Notes: generated by a model not told the origin, from the sequence alone. DNA of 64,000 bases from Bacteroidales bacterium (GCA_014860625.1 JACZJJ010000039.1:871-64870); one strand, 5' to 3'; shown: positions 45,012 to 54,456, numbered from the stretch's first letter. Numbers and translations are program-made.

Positions 45012-45396
45012 CAGTGGAATCGTGAAGAACCGGGTTCTCCGGGTGTTAATCCTGGTTTCGGGCTGGATACTTGTTGGTATGGGTGCAATTGGGGTAATTC
45101 TGCCTCTGATTCCAACAACCCCTTTCCTGCTCCTGGCTGCTCTCTGCTTCTATAAAAGTTCGACCAGATTCTACAACTGGCTCTATGCCAACCGGGTTTT
45201 CGGTAAATACCTTCTAGATTATAAAAAGAAAAAGGGAATCCCTGTCAAGGTAAAAATCGGAACGCTGCTCTTCATGTGGACCTCTCTCTTTATCTCCGTA
45301 TACCTTGTTCCCATCCTTTGGTTGAGGTTCATTCTAATTGCAATAGGGACGGCAGTTACAATTCACCTTTTGCTCATCCGTACAAAACAATCCTGA
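44965..45396 (+). CDS. ybaN: DUF454 / YbaN-family inner-membrane protein
   Basis: GAIGVILPLIPTTPFLLLAALCFYKSSTRFYNWL is the YbaN signature. The first 16 codons (MTKWRNSEKRKAKSEN) are array-encoded. GTG at 45022 is an alternative start. Confidence 0.7.
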   Translation: MTKWRNSEKRKAKSENSGIVKNRVLRVLILVSGWILVGMGAIGVILPLIPTTPFLLLAALCFYKSSTRFYNWLYANRVFGKYLLDYKKKKGIPVKVKIGTLLFMWTSLFISVYLVPILWLRFILIAIGTAVTIHLLLIRTKQS

Positions 45397-45471
45397 ATAG
45401 TTTTCCTTAGCTGATCAACTTCCCGGATATTTTGTTTATTTTTACAGATTCTAAATTAAATATTCAACACC

Positions 45472-46020
45472 ATGAAAACAAGAATAATAGCAATTACCAT
45501 ATCCCTGCTTTTTGTTGTCTTCTCCATATCCGCTCAGGATCATGCAGCCATGCAGATGACCGCCTCCTCCGAACAACTCAAGGCGATCTGTGTCCTTTAC
45601 CCTACCGATGGAAATGAAGTTTCGGGCATTGTAACCTTCACCTCCACTCCTGACGGCGTGAAAGTAACCGCAGATGTCCTAGGGTTGTCTCCCGGCAAGC
45701 ATGGGTTTCATGTTCATGAATTCGGAGATTGTTCAGCACCCGACGGCACCTCTGCAGGAGGCCATTTCAACCCTGAGCACATGAAACACGGCGGTCCGCA
45801 GGATCAGATGAGGCATGAAGGGGATCTCGGGAATCTGGAAGCCGATGAGACTGGCAGAGCTCGCATGACATTTATTGATAAAGATCTCATGCTTAGCGGA
45901 CCGCACTCCATTGTCGGCTATTCCATCATTGTCCACGCCCAGGAAGACGACCTTATTTCCCAACCTACGGGAAATGCCGGCGCCAGGGTAGCATGCGGGG
46001 TGATAGGGGTAATGAAGTAG
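45472..46020 (+). CDS. sodC: Periplasmic Cu/Zn superoxide dismutase
   Basis: Signal peptide plus HGFHVHEFGDCS, GGHFNP, HEGDLGN and VHAQEDD metal-ligand motifs. Confidence 0.95.
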   Translation: MKTRIIAITISLLFVVFSISAQDHAAMQMTASSEQLKAICVLYPTDGNEVSGIVTFTSTPDGVKVTADVLGLSPGKHGFHVHEFGDCSAPDGTSAGGHFNPEHMKHGGPQDQMRHEGDLGNLEADETGRARMTFIDKDLMLSGPHSIVGYSIIVHAQEDDLISQPTGNAGARVACGVIGVMK

Positions 46021-46104
46021 GACGTGAGACGAAGCACAGGGCACAGGGCGCAGGGCGCAGAGTGCAAAGATCAATCCCTGAGCTCTGAGCTCTGAGCTCT
46101 GAGC
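46021..46104. repeat. Phased 7-nt array, 12 units in one continuous phase, with gradual unit drift
   Basis: gacgtga gacgaag cacaggg cacaggg cgcaggg cgcagag tgcaaag atcaatc cctgagc tctgagc tctgagc tctgagc. It starts at the base after the sodC stop and supplies the GH3 C-terminal tail (..AQSSELRD*) and stop. Confidence 0.9.
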
Positions 46105-48347
46105 TTAATAACAACTTCCAGCCCCGTTCCGGCTCCCAAATCCTGACTTCTGGCATCAGGGAGAGACCCTCCAACAAAAACGTTCATGTTCCCGGGGATA
46201 AAAACAGATTCACCCTCTTCGTTTACCACCATGAGATCTTCATGCGAGAGATTGAATTCAACAGTCTCAGACTCGCCAGGCACCAGAAAGATCCTCCTGA
46301 AGCCTTTCAGGTCGTAAATGGGAACCCGAAATGGCACATCTTCTCTTGAAAGGTATAGCTGAACTACCTCGTCGGAGGGAAAATCTCCCTCGTTGGTGAT
46401 TTCGCAGGCAACCTGCAATCCGCTCCCTTCCTTTATTTCCCGGATGCCGGTTTCCAGATTCTCATACCTGAAGGTGGTATAGCTGAGTCCGAAACCAAAC
46501 GGGAACATCGGTTCTTCTTTCATATACTTGTACGTTCGGCCGATCATGGAGTAATCATCAAATGGCGGCAACTGATCCACTGATTTTGGGAATGTCACCG
46601 GCAATCTGCCGGCAGGCGAGGTCTCTCCAAAGAGTACATCGGCAACAGCAGCTCCTCCCTGCTCTCCCGGATACCAGGCAAAGATCAGAGCATCAACCAG
46701 ATCGTATACCTCCGACAGGTCGAGCGGACTCCCTCCGGTTATCACTGCAATAACCGGTTTCGTATGATCTTTGATGTGTGCCCTGAGGTAATTTATCTGG
46801 TTATCCGGCATCCTGATATCCGCTTTGTCCGCACCCATCGTTGTAGCAAGAGCCTCTCCGTCTTCTCCTTCAAAAAGCGGATTGATTCCCATCACGATGA
46901 TGGTGGCATCGGCATTGTTCACATCAAAAAGTGTCCATCTTGGGTTGTCGGTATCCTCACCGGTAAGCAGGAACCCAGCGTGATACGAGATGCGGGATCC
47001 GGGATCGACGGCGGATGTGATCCCTTCGAGAATGGTGACCGCTTCGGCAGGAACTCCGTTGTAGTTGCCCAGCAATACGTTGACATCGGCAGCCAGAGGT
47101 CCTGTGACAATGTATCTGTGAAGATCTTTCCGAAGGGGCAGCACACCATTATTTTTTAACAATACCAATGATTTTGCTGCCACTTCCCGTGCAACCTGTT
47201 TGTGTTTATCGCAGTTGATCACGGTTTCTGGCATCGAATCCCAGGGGTTCAATCCGGGAGGATCGAAGAGTCCCAGCCTGAAACGGGTCTTCAGCAAATA
47301 AGCCAGGTTTCGGTCTATATCGGCTTCGGTGATCAATCCCTCCTTAACAGCAGGCAACAGTTCCCTATAAGCCACCCCGCAGTTCAGGTCCACCCCGGCG
47401 AGGATTGCTTTTACAGCAGACTCCTGGTTGTTTGCGGTTACCTTGTGAAACTGGTTGAAGTCGGTAAGCGCCCAGCAGTCGCTAACAATATGTCCCTGGA
47501 ATCCCCACTCGTTGCGAAGAATCTCCTGCAAAAGATAAGGACTGCCGCAGCAAGGCTCATCGTACGTTCGGTTGTAGGCGCACATCACCGATTCCACATG
47601 GCCCTCCTGCACCAGTCGCTTGAAAGCAGGAAGATAGGTCTCACGAAAATCCTTTACCGGTGGGTTTGCGTTGAATTCATGGCGTAGCTTCTCCGGACCG
47701 CTGTGAACCACAAAGTGCTTCGCACAGGCTGCCGTTTTCAGGTAGCGTGGATCGTCACCCTGCATCCCACGAACAAAGGCGACTCCCAATTTTCCGGTTA
47801 ACAGGGGATCTTCTCCCCAGGTCTCCATTCCCCTTCCCCACCGTGGATCGCGGAAGATGTTGATGTTTGGCGACCAGAAGCTCAACCCTCCATATTGGGT
47901 GATATTTCCTATCCGTAGCGCCGCATTGTACTTGGCACGGGCTTCATCAGAAATGGCATCAGCGACTCGAAAGACAAGCGCTGAATCAAACGTGGCTGCC
48001 ATCGCGATGGGTTGGGGAAACACCGTAGCCCGGCCCATTCGGGCAACACCGTGCAAAGCCTCACTCCACCAGTTGTAAGCGGGAATTCCAAGCCGGTCGA
48101 TGGCCGGACTGTTGTACAGCATCTGCGAACATTTTTCTTCCAATGTCAAACGTGATAGCAGGTCCTGAACGCGTTCTTCAACTGGTATAGAGGGATCTTT
48201 CCAGGCTGGGACTGTCGAGGGCTGGGCAATGAGGAATGAGGGAGAAAGAATGAGGGATAGGATGAGGGACGAAGGAAGAGGGACGAAGGAAGAGGAGAAT
48301 TTCCAATTTCGAATTTCCAATTTCCAATTTCTTTTAATTACCTGCAT
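46071..48347 (-). CDS. Glycoside hydrolase family 3 (beta-glucosidase / beta-xylosidase type)
   Basis: VEERVQDLLSRLTLEEKCSQM, KHFVVHSGPE and GHIVSDCWAL (nucleophile Asp region), plus a C-terminal FnIII-like domain. ATG at 48347. The N-terminal ~40 aa and the last 10 aa are array-encoded. Confidence 0.9.
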   Translation of the reverse strand: MQVIKRNWKLEIRNWKFSSSFVPLPSSLILSLILSPSFLIAQPSTVPAWKDPSIPVEERVQDLLSRLTLEEKCSQMLYNSPAIDRLGIPAYNWWSEALHGVARMGRATVFPQPIAMAATFDSALVFRVADAISDEARAKYNAALRIGNITQYGGLSFWSPNINIFRDPRWGRGMETWGEDPLLTGKLGVAFVRGMQGDDPRYLKTAACAKHFVVHSGPEKLRHEFNANPPVKDFRETYLPAFKRLVQEGHVESVMCAYNRTYDEPCCGSPYLLQEILRNEWGFQGHIVSDCWALTDFNQFHKVTANNQESAVKAILAGVDLNCGVAYRELLPAVKEGLITEADIDRNLAYLLKTRFRLGLFDPPGLNPWDSMPETVINCDKHKQVAREVAAKSLVLLKNNGVLPLRKDLHRYIVTGPLAADVNVLLGNYNGVPAEAVTILEGITSAVDPGSRISYHAGFLLTGEDTDNPRWTLFDVNNADATIIVMGINPLFEGEDGEALATTMGADKADIRMPDNQINYLRAHIKDHTKPVIAVITGGSPLDLSEVYDLVDALIFAWYPGEQGGAAVADVLFGETSPAGRLPVTFPKSVDQLPPFDDYSMIGRTYKYMKEEPMFPFGFGLSYTTFRYENLETGIREIKEGSGLQVACEITNEGDFPSDEVVQLYLSREDVPFRVPIYDLKGFRRIFLVPGESETVEFNLSHEDLMVVNEEGESVFIPGNMNVFVGGSLPDARSQDLGAGTGLEVVIKLRAQSSELRD
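48228..48332. repeat. Phased 7-nt array (about 15 units) covering the GH3 N-terminal coding region
   Basis: aatgagg aatgagg gagaaag aatgagg ... cgaagga agaggga cgaagga agaggag aatttcc aatttcg aatttcc aatttcc aatttct. Confidence 0.9.
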
Positions 48348-48437
48348 AATGATTGTATTTCTCACAAAGATGCACAAGATTGCCGGCAAAGTTGTATCTT
48401 GTGGGATAGAATGTGATGAAAAATTAATCAAACAGAG

Positions 48438-49157
48438 ATGAATGCACAGGAACTAATCAAAGATATCCGCAGCTTTTGTGAATCCCATGCTGATCCGGAA
48501 ATCGTTCAAAAATATGCCCGCTATTTTAAAGAAGGCTATGATGCCTATGGACTTCCCAGCGGAGAATTCATGGCCAAGGTAAAAGACCTTTTGGCATCCA
48601 ACACTTTCACTGTGGAAACGGTAGTCGAATCCAGTTATGAGTTGATGAAATCGGAGAAATATGAGCTCCCCAGCTTTGCTATGCAATTGCTGAAAGGGTT
48701 CTCCAACCAGTTTACAAAAGATACATTCACGGTTATTGAGCACTGGTTCCCCGTCGGAATTCGAAACTGGGCTCACACCGATGGTCTGTGCAGTGAGTTG
48801 TTATCCCCGATGATTCAAAAAAAGATTATCACCATGAAGGATTTTGCGCCCTGGCGGAAATCGAACTACCGGTTTCAGCGACGGGCAGTTCCAGTGGCGT
48901 TGATCAAATCCGTGAAAAAGAGTCCGGATGTAATGCCATACCTTGATTTCCTCGATCCGATGATGATGGATACTGAACGTGTAGTTCATCAGGGATTAGG
49001 CTGGTTTCTCCGGGAAGCCTGGAAAGTACATCCTATACAAGTCGAAACTTTTCTGATGAAGTGGAAGAACGATGCTGCCCGGCTGATCTTTCAGTATGCG
49101 ACCGAGAAGATGGCGAAAGAGGAGCGGTTGCGGTTCCGACGAAACCAGAACCCCTAA
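48438..49157 (+). CDS. DNA alkylation repair protein (AlkD-like HEAT-repeat family)
   Basis: 239 aa. ARYFKEGYDAYGL and the later helical repeats resemble the DNA_alkylation family. The stop TAA lies inside the cccctaaatcccct module. Confidence 0.6.
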   Translation: MNAQELIKDIRSFCESHADPEIVQKYARYFKEGYDAYGLPSGEFMAKVKDLLASNTFTVETVVESSYELMKSEKYELPSFAMQLLKGFSNQFTKDTFTVIEHWFPVGIRNWAHTDGLCSELLSPMIQKKIITMKDFAPWRKSNYRFQRRAVPVALIKSVKKSPDVMPYLDFLDPMMMDTERVVHQGLGWFLREAWKVHPIQVETFLMKWKNDAARLIFQYATEKMAKEERLRFRRNQNP

Positions 49158-49240
49158 ATCCCCTAAAGGGGACTTACTTTACTTCGTAATTCTACCTTCG
49201 TACTTCCAGTTCTGACTTCTGGCATCTGACCTCTGACTAA
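49151..49240. repeat. Composite repeat: cccctaaatcccctaaagggg module plus 9.5 x 7-nt array (ACTTCGT/CTTCTGA family)
   Basis: The module (49151-49171) is a near copy of the unit core at 8940-8960. The array is ttacttt acttcgt aattcta ccttcgt acttcca gttctga cttctgg catctga cctctga. Segment 49195-49237 is a reverse-complement copy of 56805-56847 with 4 mismatches in 43. Confidence 0.9.
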
Positions 49241-49308
49241 TCACCAGGGTACATATCCATCTCCCCAGTTAGTAAGAGATCTTCATGATTTTGGAAATAT
49301 TTATTTCA

Positions 49309-49343
49309 TTATTTTTATTTAATCTAAATTATTAATATTTTTG
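49309..49343 (+). promoter_or_regulatory. Second copy of the 35-nt promoter module (23-nt box + 4 nt + TATTTTTG)
   Basis: TTATTTTTATTTAATCTAAATTA ttaa TATTTTTG. The -7 box ends 24 nt before the ATG at 49368. Confidence 0.55.
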
Positions 49344-49367
49344 TGCCAATATTAATCCATCAAACTA

Positions 49368-50807
49368 ATGGCAACTGTTGACAGTAATTCTTCACAACAA
49401 GCGCTGAACATGATCCTCGCAGCGATCGGACTTCGCGAGTCGAGCTATTCAGGCAAGGTAACAATAGAGGGAAAGGATCCCATTTTAACTTCCCGTCATC
49501 GCTTTGGTGAGGTCATGGCGGCAGCCCAGGCTGCTTTTGGCATGGCCCTGGGAGAGATCTGGCAGCAACGAGGGGGTTCGGTCCAGGATGTGACAACCAA
49601 TGTACGTAATGCTGTCCATCAGCACCACGGTATTGCATTTATGCGTCAGAATGGCCGGCAGCTTCCTTTTACCGACTATGGAGCAAGCGTTGGTCTTGAC
49701 TCGCCGATAAGCGGTGAGTTTTATCCTACCCGTGACGGGCGTTTCGTAAAAATCGAATTGTATTATCCCCGATTGGTTGATGCTGTCTACAAAGTCCTCA
49801 AATGTGCACCAACGCAACGAGCCGTAGAGGCTGCGATCATGCAGTGGGATGCCGAAGCCCTGGAACTTGCGATCCGTGAGGAATCCGGAGCCATTGGAGT
49901 AGTTCGCACAGCCGAGGAGTGGCTGGCACATCCTGTAGGACGCCGCCTGGCATCCAAGCCGGTTGTAGAGGTTATAAAAATCGGCGAAAGTGATCCCATC
50001 CCATTTCCAACCGGTGGAGATATGCCTTTATCGGGGATCCGGGTACTCGACTCCTCCCACGTGATTGGCGGACCGGTTACGGCCCGCACCCTTGCCGAAT
50101 TTGGTGCCGACGTGTTGCATCTCTCAAAACCGAACTACCCCGACCACCTGAACTGGCGTTTGGAAACCGACAACGGAAAGCGTGCAGCCTATTGCGATTT
50201 TGATGTGGAGGCCGACAAACGCAAGTTCTTTGAGCTTCTGCAGAAAGCAGATGTATTTACCTGTTCCTATCTGAACCTCGATCAGAGGGGAATCTCTCCC
50301 CGCAGCCTCGCAGCCGCCAAGCCCGGGATCATTGCCCATGAACTGCGATGTTTTGACTTTGAAGGGGAGTGGGCTAATTTCCGCGGATTTGACATGATGG
50401 CGGTAACAGTTTCGGGATATGTCGATGCAGAAGGAGCTGTGGATGCCCCAATGATGCCTGTGCAGGCTATTTTTGCCGATTACCTTGCGGCTTACGCAGG
50501 ATCGGCAGGAGTGGCTGCGGCACTTCTACGCAGGGCTACCGAGGGGGGAAGCTACCAGGTTAGGGTATCGCTGACCCGAATGTGCATGTGGGCACAGGAA
50601 CTGGGACTTCTCGACCATAGTGCACTCAATGGCACATTACCCTATGCCGATATCGTGGCTGAAACAGACCTGCCTCTTGCTAAGATTGAGAGTCCGTTTG
50701 GTGAGATCATTTACCTGCCAACCATGATCGACATGCCCGATATTAAACCGAAGTTTGAGCGTGGTCCGCAGCCACTCGGGTCTTCGCTCCTTGAATGGAT
50801 AGACTGA
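49368..50807 (+). CDS. Family III CoA-transferase (CaiB/BaiF type)
   Basis: GIRVLDSSHVIGGPVTARTLAEFGADVLHL is the typical family III N-terminal Rossmann motif, here after an extra ~210-aa N-terminal region. Confidence 0.75.
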   Translation: MATVDSNSSQQALNMILAAIGLRESSYSGKVTIEGKDPILTSRHRFGEVMAAAQAAFGMALGEIWQQRGGSVQDVTTNVRNAVHQHHGIAFMRQNGRQLPFTDYGASVGLDSPISGEFYPTRDGRFVKIELYYPRLVDAVYKVLKCAPTQRAVEAAIMQWDAEALELAIREESGAIGVVRTAEEWLAHPVGRRLASKPVVEVIKIGESDPIPFPTGGDMPLSGIRVLDSSHVIGGPVTARTLAEFGADVLHLSKPNYPDHLNWRLETDNGKRAAYCDFDVEADKRKFFELLQKADVFTCSYLNLDQRGISPRSLAAAKPGIIAHELRCFDFEGEWANFRGFDMMAVTVSGYVDAEGAVDAPMMPVQAIFADYLAAYAGSAGVAAALLRRATEGGSYQVRVSLTRMCMWAQELGLLDHSALNGTLPYADIVAETDLPLAKIESPFGEIIYLPTMIDMPDIKPKFERGPQPLGSSLLEWID

Positions 50808-50823
50808 CCGTTCCTTTGTACTT

Positions 50824-53133
50824 TCAGCCTTCCTTAATGCACATCGTCCGAAAATATTTCTTTCCGTTCTTTTCCGTGCGTTCTACTCCATGGATATCGC
50901 TTTCGTAACCCGGAAATGCATTCTCGAAATCCTGCCTTAGTTTAAGGTAATCCCAGATCGGTTTTGCCTTGTCGTTCATCTTCTCCCCGCCCATCATGAT
51001 AGGAATTCCCGGAGGATATGGAACAAGCATGACGGCGGGGATCCGGTCCATCATCTTGTCGAGTTCAACGAATTCAACATTTTTCTTCACAACGGCATGA
51101 TAAGCGTCCGCCGGCTTCATGGCCTGATCGGGAATCACCTGGAAGGCCTCCTGCATGCGGTCGAGCATCCGGTGTTCGCGGGTATACCTGTGAACAGCGT
51201 TGGCGTGTTCCTTCAGGCCCACTTTTGTGTAATGCCCGGGCCATGCTGCAACCATCTCGGGGAAGACTTCCGCCATCGGAGCATTCCTGTCATAGGCCTC
51301 TTTGAATTTCAACAGTTCGGCAAAGAGAGTTCCCTGCTTCCCACGGGTAGTGCCCAGTGAATTCAAAAGAAGGAAGGAATAGTAATCGGTTTTTTCACAA
51401 ACAATCCCTTTGTCAATGAGATAGTTGGTGACCAGTGATGCCGGGATGCCTTCCTCGGTCATCTCCCCTTCATCATTGATACCGGGAGTTGTGAAGGTCA
51501 GCTTGATAGGATCAAGCATGGCATAGTCATCTTCGATATCCTTGAATCCATGCCAGGGGTCCTCTTTGCTCATGACCCAGGCCGACTGTGTTTTTGCAAG
51601 GACTTCTGCAGGAACATCTTCAATGTTGACCCATTCGCCATCCAGCTTTACCCGTTTTGGTTGCCACATGCCGAAAAACCAGTCGTTCGCGTTCTTCTTC
51701 TGCAGGTCCTTCAGAATGGTCACCATTTTCTTTCTGAGATGAATCGCTTCGATGATGGTATCGTTAAACATGATCTCCCCGTTATCATCCATCATCTTCG
51801 TAGCCACGTCGAGGGATGCAACCATGCTGTACTGGGGCGACGTTGAACCGTGCATCATGTAGGATTCGTTGAACTCATCAGGATTAACTTTCACATGGGT
51901 GCCGTTCCTGATATGCAGCATCGATGCCTGCGAGAAGGCCGTCAGCAGCTTGTGTGTCGAATGGGAGACGAAGATCGGCGGATGCTCCTTATTGAGGTCA
52001 TCATCGGCCATGCCAAAGTGGTTCTTGTAGATCGGATGAAACCGGGCATATGCATACCACGCTTCATCAAAATGGAGATTCTCGACACTCCGGGTAAGCT
52101 GTGTTTTGATCTGAACAACATTGTAACAAATCCCATCGTAGGTGGAGTTTGTGAGTGCCGACATCTTGGGAGTTTCGGTTTTCCTTTCGGATGTGATAAG
52201 TGCAGATGCCTTGATTTTACTCTTGATGGATTCGGGTGAAAATTCGGAGAGCCTTACCGGACCGATAATTCCTCTCATGTTTCGCCGGGGGATCATGTAG
52301 ACTGGAATCGCCTCTGTGATGACCATAGCATAATTGAGGGATTTGTGGCAGTTCCTGTCAACAAAAGCAATTTCATCCTTCACGAGCTGACTCCGCCAGA
52401 TGATCTGGTTCACGTTAGAGGTGCCGTTCAGCACGTAATAGGTATAATCAGCGCCAAACACTCGGGCCGAATTCTTTTCGGCATCACCGGTCACACCACT
52501 ATGATCCAGTAATGAACCCAGTTCGGGAACTGAAATGGAGAGGTCGGAACGAAGGGTATTCTCTCCAAAAAACTTATGGAACACTACACCGGCCGGACTC
52601 CTCAGAAACCCTTCCCCTCCCATATGACCCGGTGTATGCCATGCATATTTATATTCCTGTGTATACTTCACCAGCATCCCGAAAAAAGCGGGGTAGATGG
52701 TTTCTGTATATTTATCCAGGTGCATCACAATGCGGCCGGAGAGAAACTCAATGGTATCGGCAGTTTTCCACAAATATCCGTCGATCTTTTGAAGTGCCTC
52801 AACCGGGATATCTTCTGTTTCCAGCCTGTCGGCCAATAATAATACAGGCAATTTGGTACAGCGCTCCCTGATGTGGTTGATGAGATCGACTGCAGTGGTC
52901 TTTTCCGTTGCATCCTCTTCGGGAAGGTTCCAGTCCACAACAACCACACCGATATCTGATCGCGAACGAACGATCTCCATCGCATCCTCATAGGTTAATG
53001 ACGGGATAACGCTGCATTCCTGAATGTCCTCCAACTCCTCCACCAGCTCAGCAAGCCTGAAGCCTTCATCTGTTGGGGCACTGAATTCGGCTGAAACAAT
53101 TAATACAGGCCATTGATGTCTTGTGATTTTCAT
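50824..53133 (-). CDS. Large (wing-domain) Orn/Lys/Arg decarboxylase, biodegradative type; substrate unassigned
   Basis: 769 aa. It has an N-terminal receiver-like wing domain, WHTPGHMGG, and the PLP-Lys motif SHSTHKLL. Confidence 0.85.
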   Translation of the reverse strand: MKITRHQWPVLIVSAEFSAPTDEGFRLAELVEELEDIQECSVIPSLTYEDAMEIVRSRSDIGVVVVDWNLPEEDATEKTTAVDLINHIRERCTKLPVLLLADRLETEDIPVEALQKIDGYLWKTADTIEFLSGRIVMHLDKYTETIYPAFFGMLVKYTQEYKYAWHTPGHMGGEGFLRSPAGVVFHKFFGENTLRSDLSISVPELGSLLDHSGVTGDAEKNSARVFGADYTYYVLNGTSNVNQIIWRSQLVKDEIAFVDRNCHKSLNYAMVITEAIPVYMIPRRNMRGIIGPVRLSEFSPESIKSKIKASALITSERKTETPKMSALTNSTYDGICYNVVQIKTQLTRSVENLHFDEAWYAYARFHPIYKNHFGMADDDLNKEHPPIFVSHSTHKLLTAFSQASMLHIRNGTHVKVNPDEFNESYMMHGSTSPQYSMVASLDVATKMMDDNGEIMFNDTIIEAIHLRKKMVTILKDLQKKNANDWFFGMWQPKRVKLDGEWVNIEDVPAEVLAKTQSAWVMSKEDPWHGFKDIEDDYAMLDPIKLTFTTPGINDEGEMTEEGIPASLVTNYLIDKGIVCEKTDYYSFLLLNSLGTTRGKQGTLFAELLKFKEAYDRNAPMAEVFPEMVAAWPGHYTKVGLKEHANAVHRYTREHRMLDRMQEAFQVIPDQAMKPADAYHAVVKKNVEFVELDKMMDRIPAVMLVPYPPGIPIMMGGEKMNDKAKPIWDYLKLRQDFENAFPGYESDIHGVERTEKNGKKYFRTMCIKEG

Positions 53134-53154
53134 AATATCTTATTTGTATCGTTA

Positions 53155-54456
53155 CTAATTCTGCGGTTTTTTCTTGGGCGTTAACAGCATGGCGTATACA
53201 GCCATGATGACCAGAACCAACGCAATGACAAGCCAGAGTTCATCGAGAGTGGCCGAAACAAAGGCCGAAAGGATAAAGATAGAGGAGATGGCCACAATGA
53301 TTTTGGTGCTGATTTTTCCGGTTCCCTCTTCACGTTCCTTTTTGATGAGCGCAATGCCCGACCAGAAATAGGGGAATAATAGCAAGAGCACAGACAGGGT
53401 TACTGTGATATTAAACGCTGTAGCCACATTGCTTCCAAGCAGCATCAGGATCCCCTGCAAAATTGTCATGATGATGCCATTAATCACTAACCCTTTGCTG
53501 TTTATCCCATGCTTGTTGGTAAAGGAGTAGGCTTTGGGCAGGAAGCCGTTATCGGCGCTGGTTTTGGCGGCACTGGCCGACGAGAGATTCCATACAAGGA
53601 AACTCGCAAGGCAGGCTATCGCCATCACAATGGAGACAACCTGTCCAACAACCAGTGATCCCGTAATTTTATGCATCGACATAGCAAAAGAGGCCGGAGC
53701 ATTCTGGATTTCCCTGGCCGAAAACATCCCCTCCATCACGGTGGTAGAAACGATATAGATAGCAGCCACAATGATGAAACCCGTGATGGTGGCAACAGGA
53801 ACGATCTTTTTCGGATTCTGGATATATACATTGTTGGTAGCAACACTTTCCACTCCTACAAAGGCGAAGATCAACACGGCGAACCCCGACATAATGGCCA
53901 TGCCTTCTTTCTTTCCGCTCACATTCCAGTTGTCGTTGAACTGGGTCAGGTCGAAATCGAACCATCCGGCTACGGCCGTAATAATGACTGAAAGCAGTAA
54001 GAAGGCCACGGTAATGGAAACAATCTTGGTGATGATCCCTGCTCCGCGCATCGACAATGCAACAAACAACCAGATCAGGACAATAACTGTTATCCCCAGG
54101 ATGACAGGATGCTTAAGCTGCGGGACGAACATCTCCATGTAACCGAGTCCGGCTATGAGGATGGAGACATTGGAGATGAGGTTTCCGTACACATAAAAGA
54201 AGCCGCTTTTTGCGCCCAGGATGGGATTGACATAGGTCGCAAGTGCCGTTGGACTCGGATCATCAAATTGCGACCCGGCCCGCACGTAAACAAGTGTCAG
54301 AAACAGGGCTCCGATGGTCACAAGGATAAATGATATCAGGGTGATGGATCCTGTAAAAGCGAGCTGTTGAGGCAAGGCAATCACACCACTGCCGGCAAGG
54401 CTGGACACGATCAGTGCAGTCGCACCGATCAGTCCCAATTTTTTCTTGTCTGTCAT
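53155..54456 (-). CDS. Amino acid / polyamine antiporter (APC superfamily, AdiC/CadB/PotE-like)
   Basis: 433 aa with 12 hydrophobic spans. It lies directly upstream of the decarboxylase on the same strand. Confidence 0.8.
   Translation of the reverse strand: MTDKKKLGLIGATALIVSSLAGSGVIALPQQLAFTGSITLISFILVTIGALFLTLVYVRAGSQFDDPSPTALATYVNPILGAKSGFFYVYGNLISNVSILIAGLGYMEMFVPQLKHPVILGITVIVLIWLFVALSMRGAGIITKIVSITVAFLLLSVIITAVAGWFDFDLTQFNDNWNVSGKKEGMAIMSGFAVLIFAFVGVESVATNNVYIQNPKKIVPVATITGFIIVAAIYIVSTTVMEGMFSAREIQNAPASFAMSMHKITGSLVVGQVVSIVMAIACLASFLVWNLSSASAAKTSADNGFLPKAYSFTNKHGINSKGLVINGIIMTILQGILMLLGSNVATAFNITVTLSVLLLLFPYFWSGIALIKKEREEGTGKISTKIIVAISSIFILSAFVSATLDELWLVIALVLVIMAVYAMLLTPKKKPQN

Noticed and set aside
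44831-45118. ORFs translated from array DNA: 44831-45118 minus, and likewise 8876-9412, 9375-9578, 24377-24628, 48229-48441, 55153-55392 and 56751-57083.
   Set aside because: They are stop-free only because of the low-complexity periodic sequence. Each gives a peptide with 7- or 8-residue periodicity and overlaps or opposes a well-supported gene.
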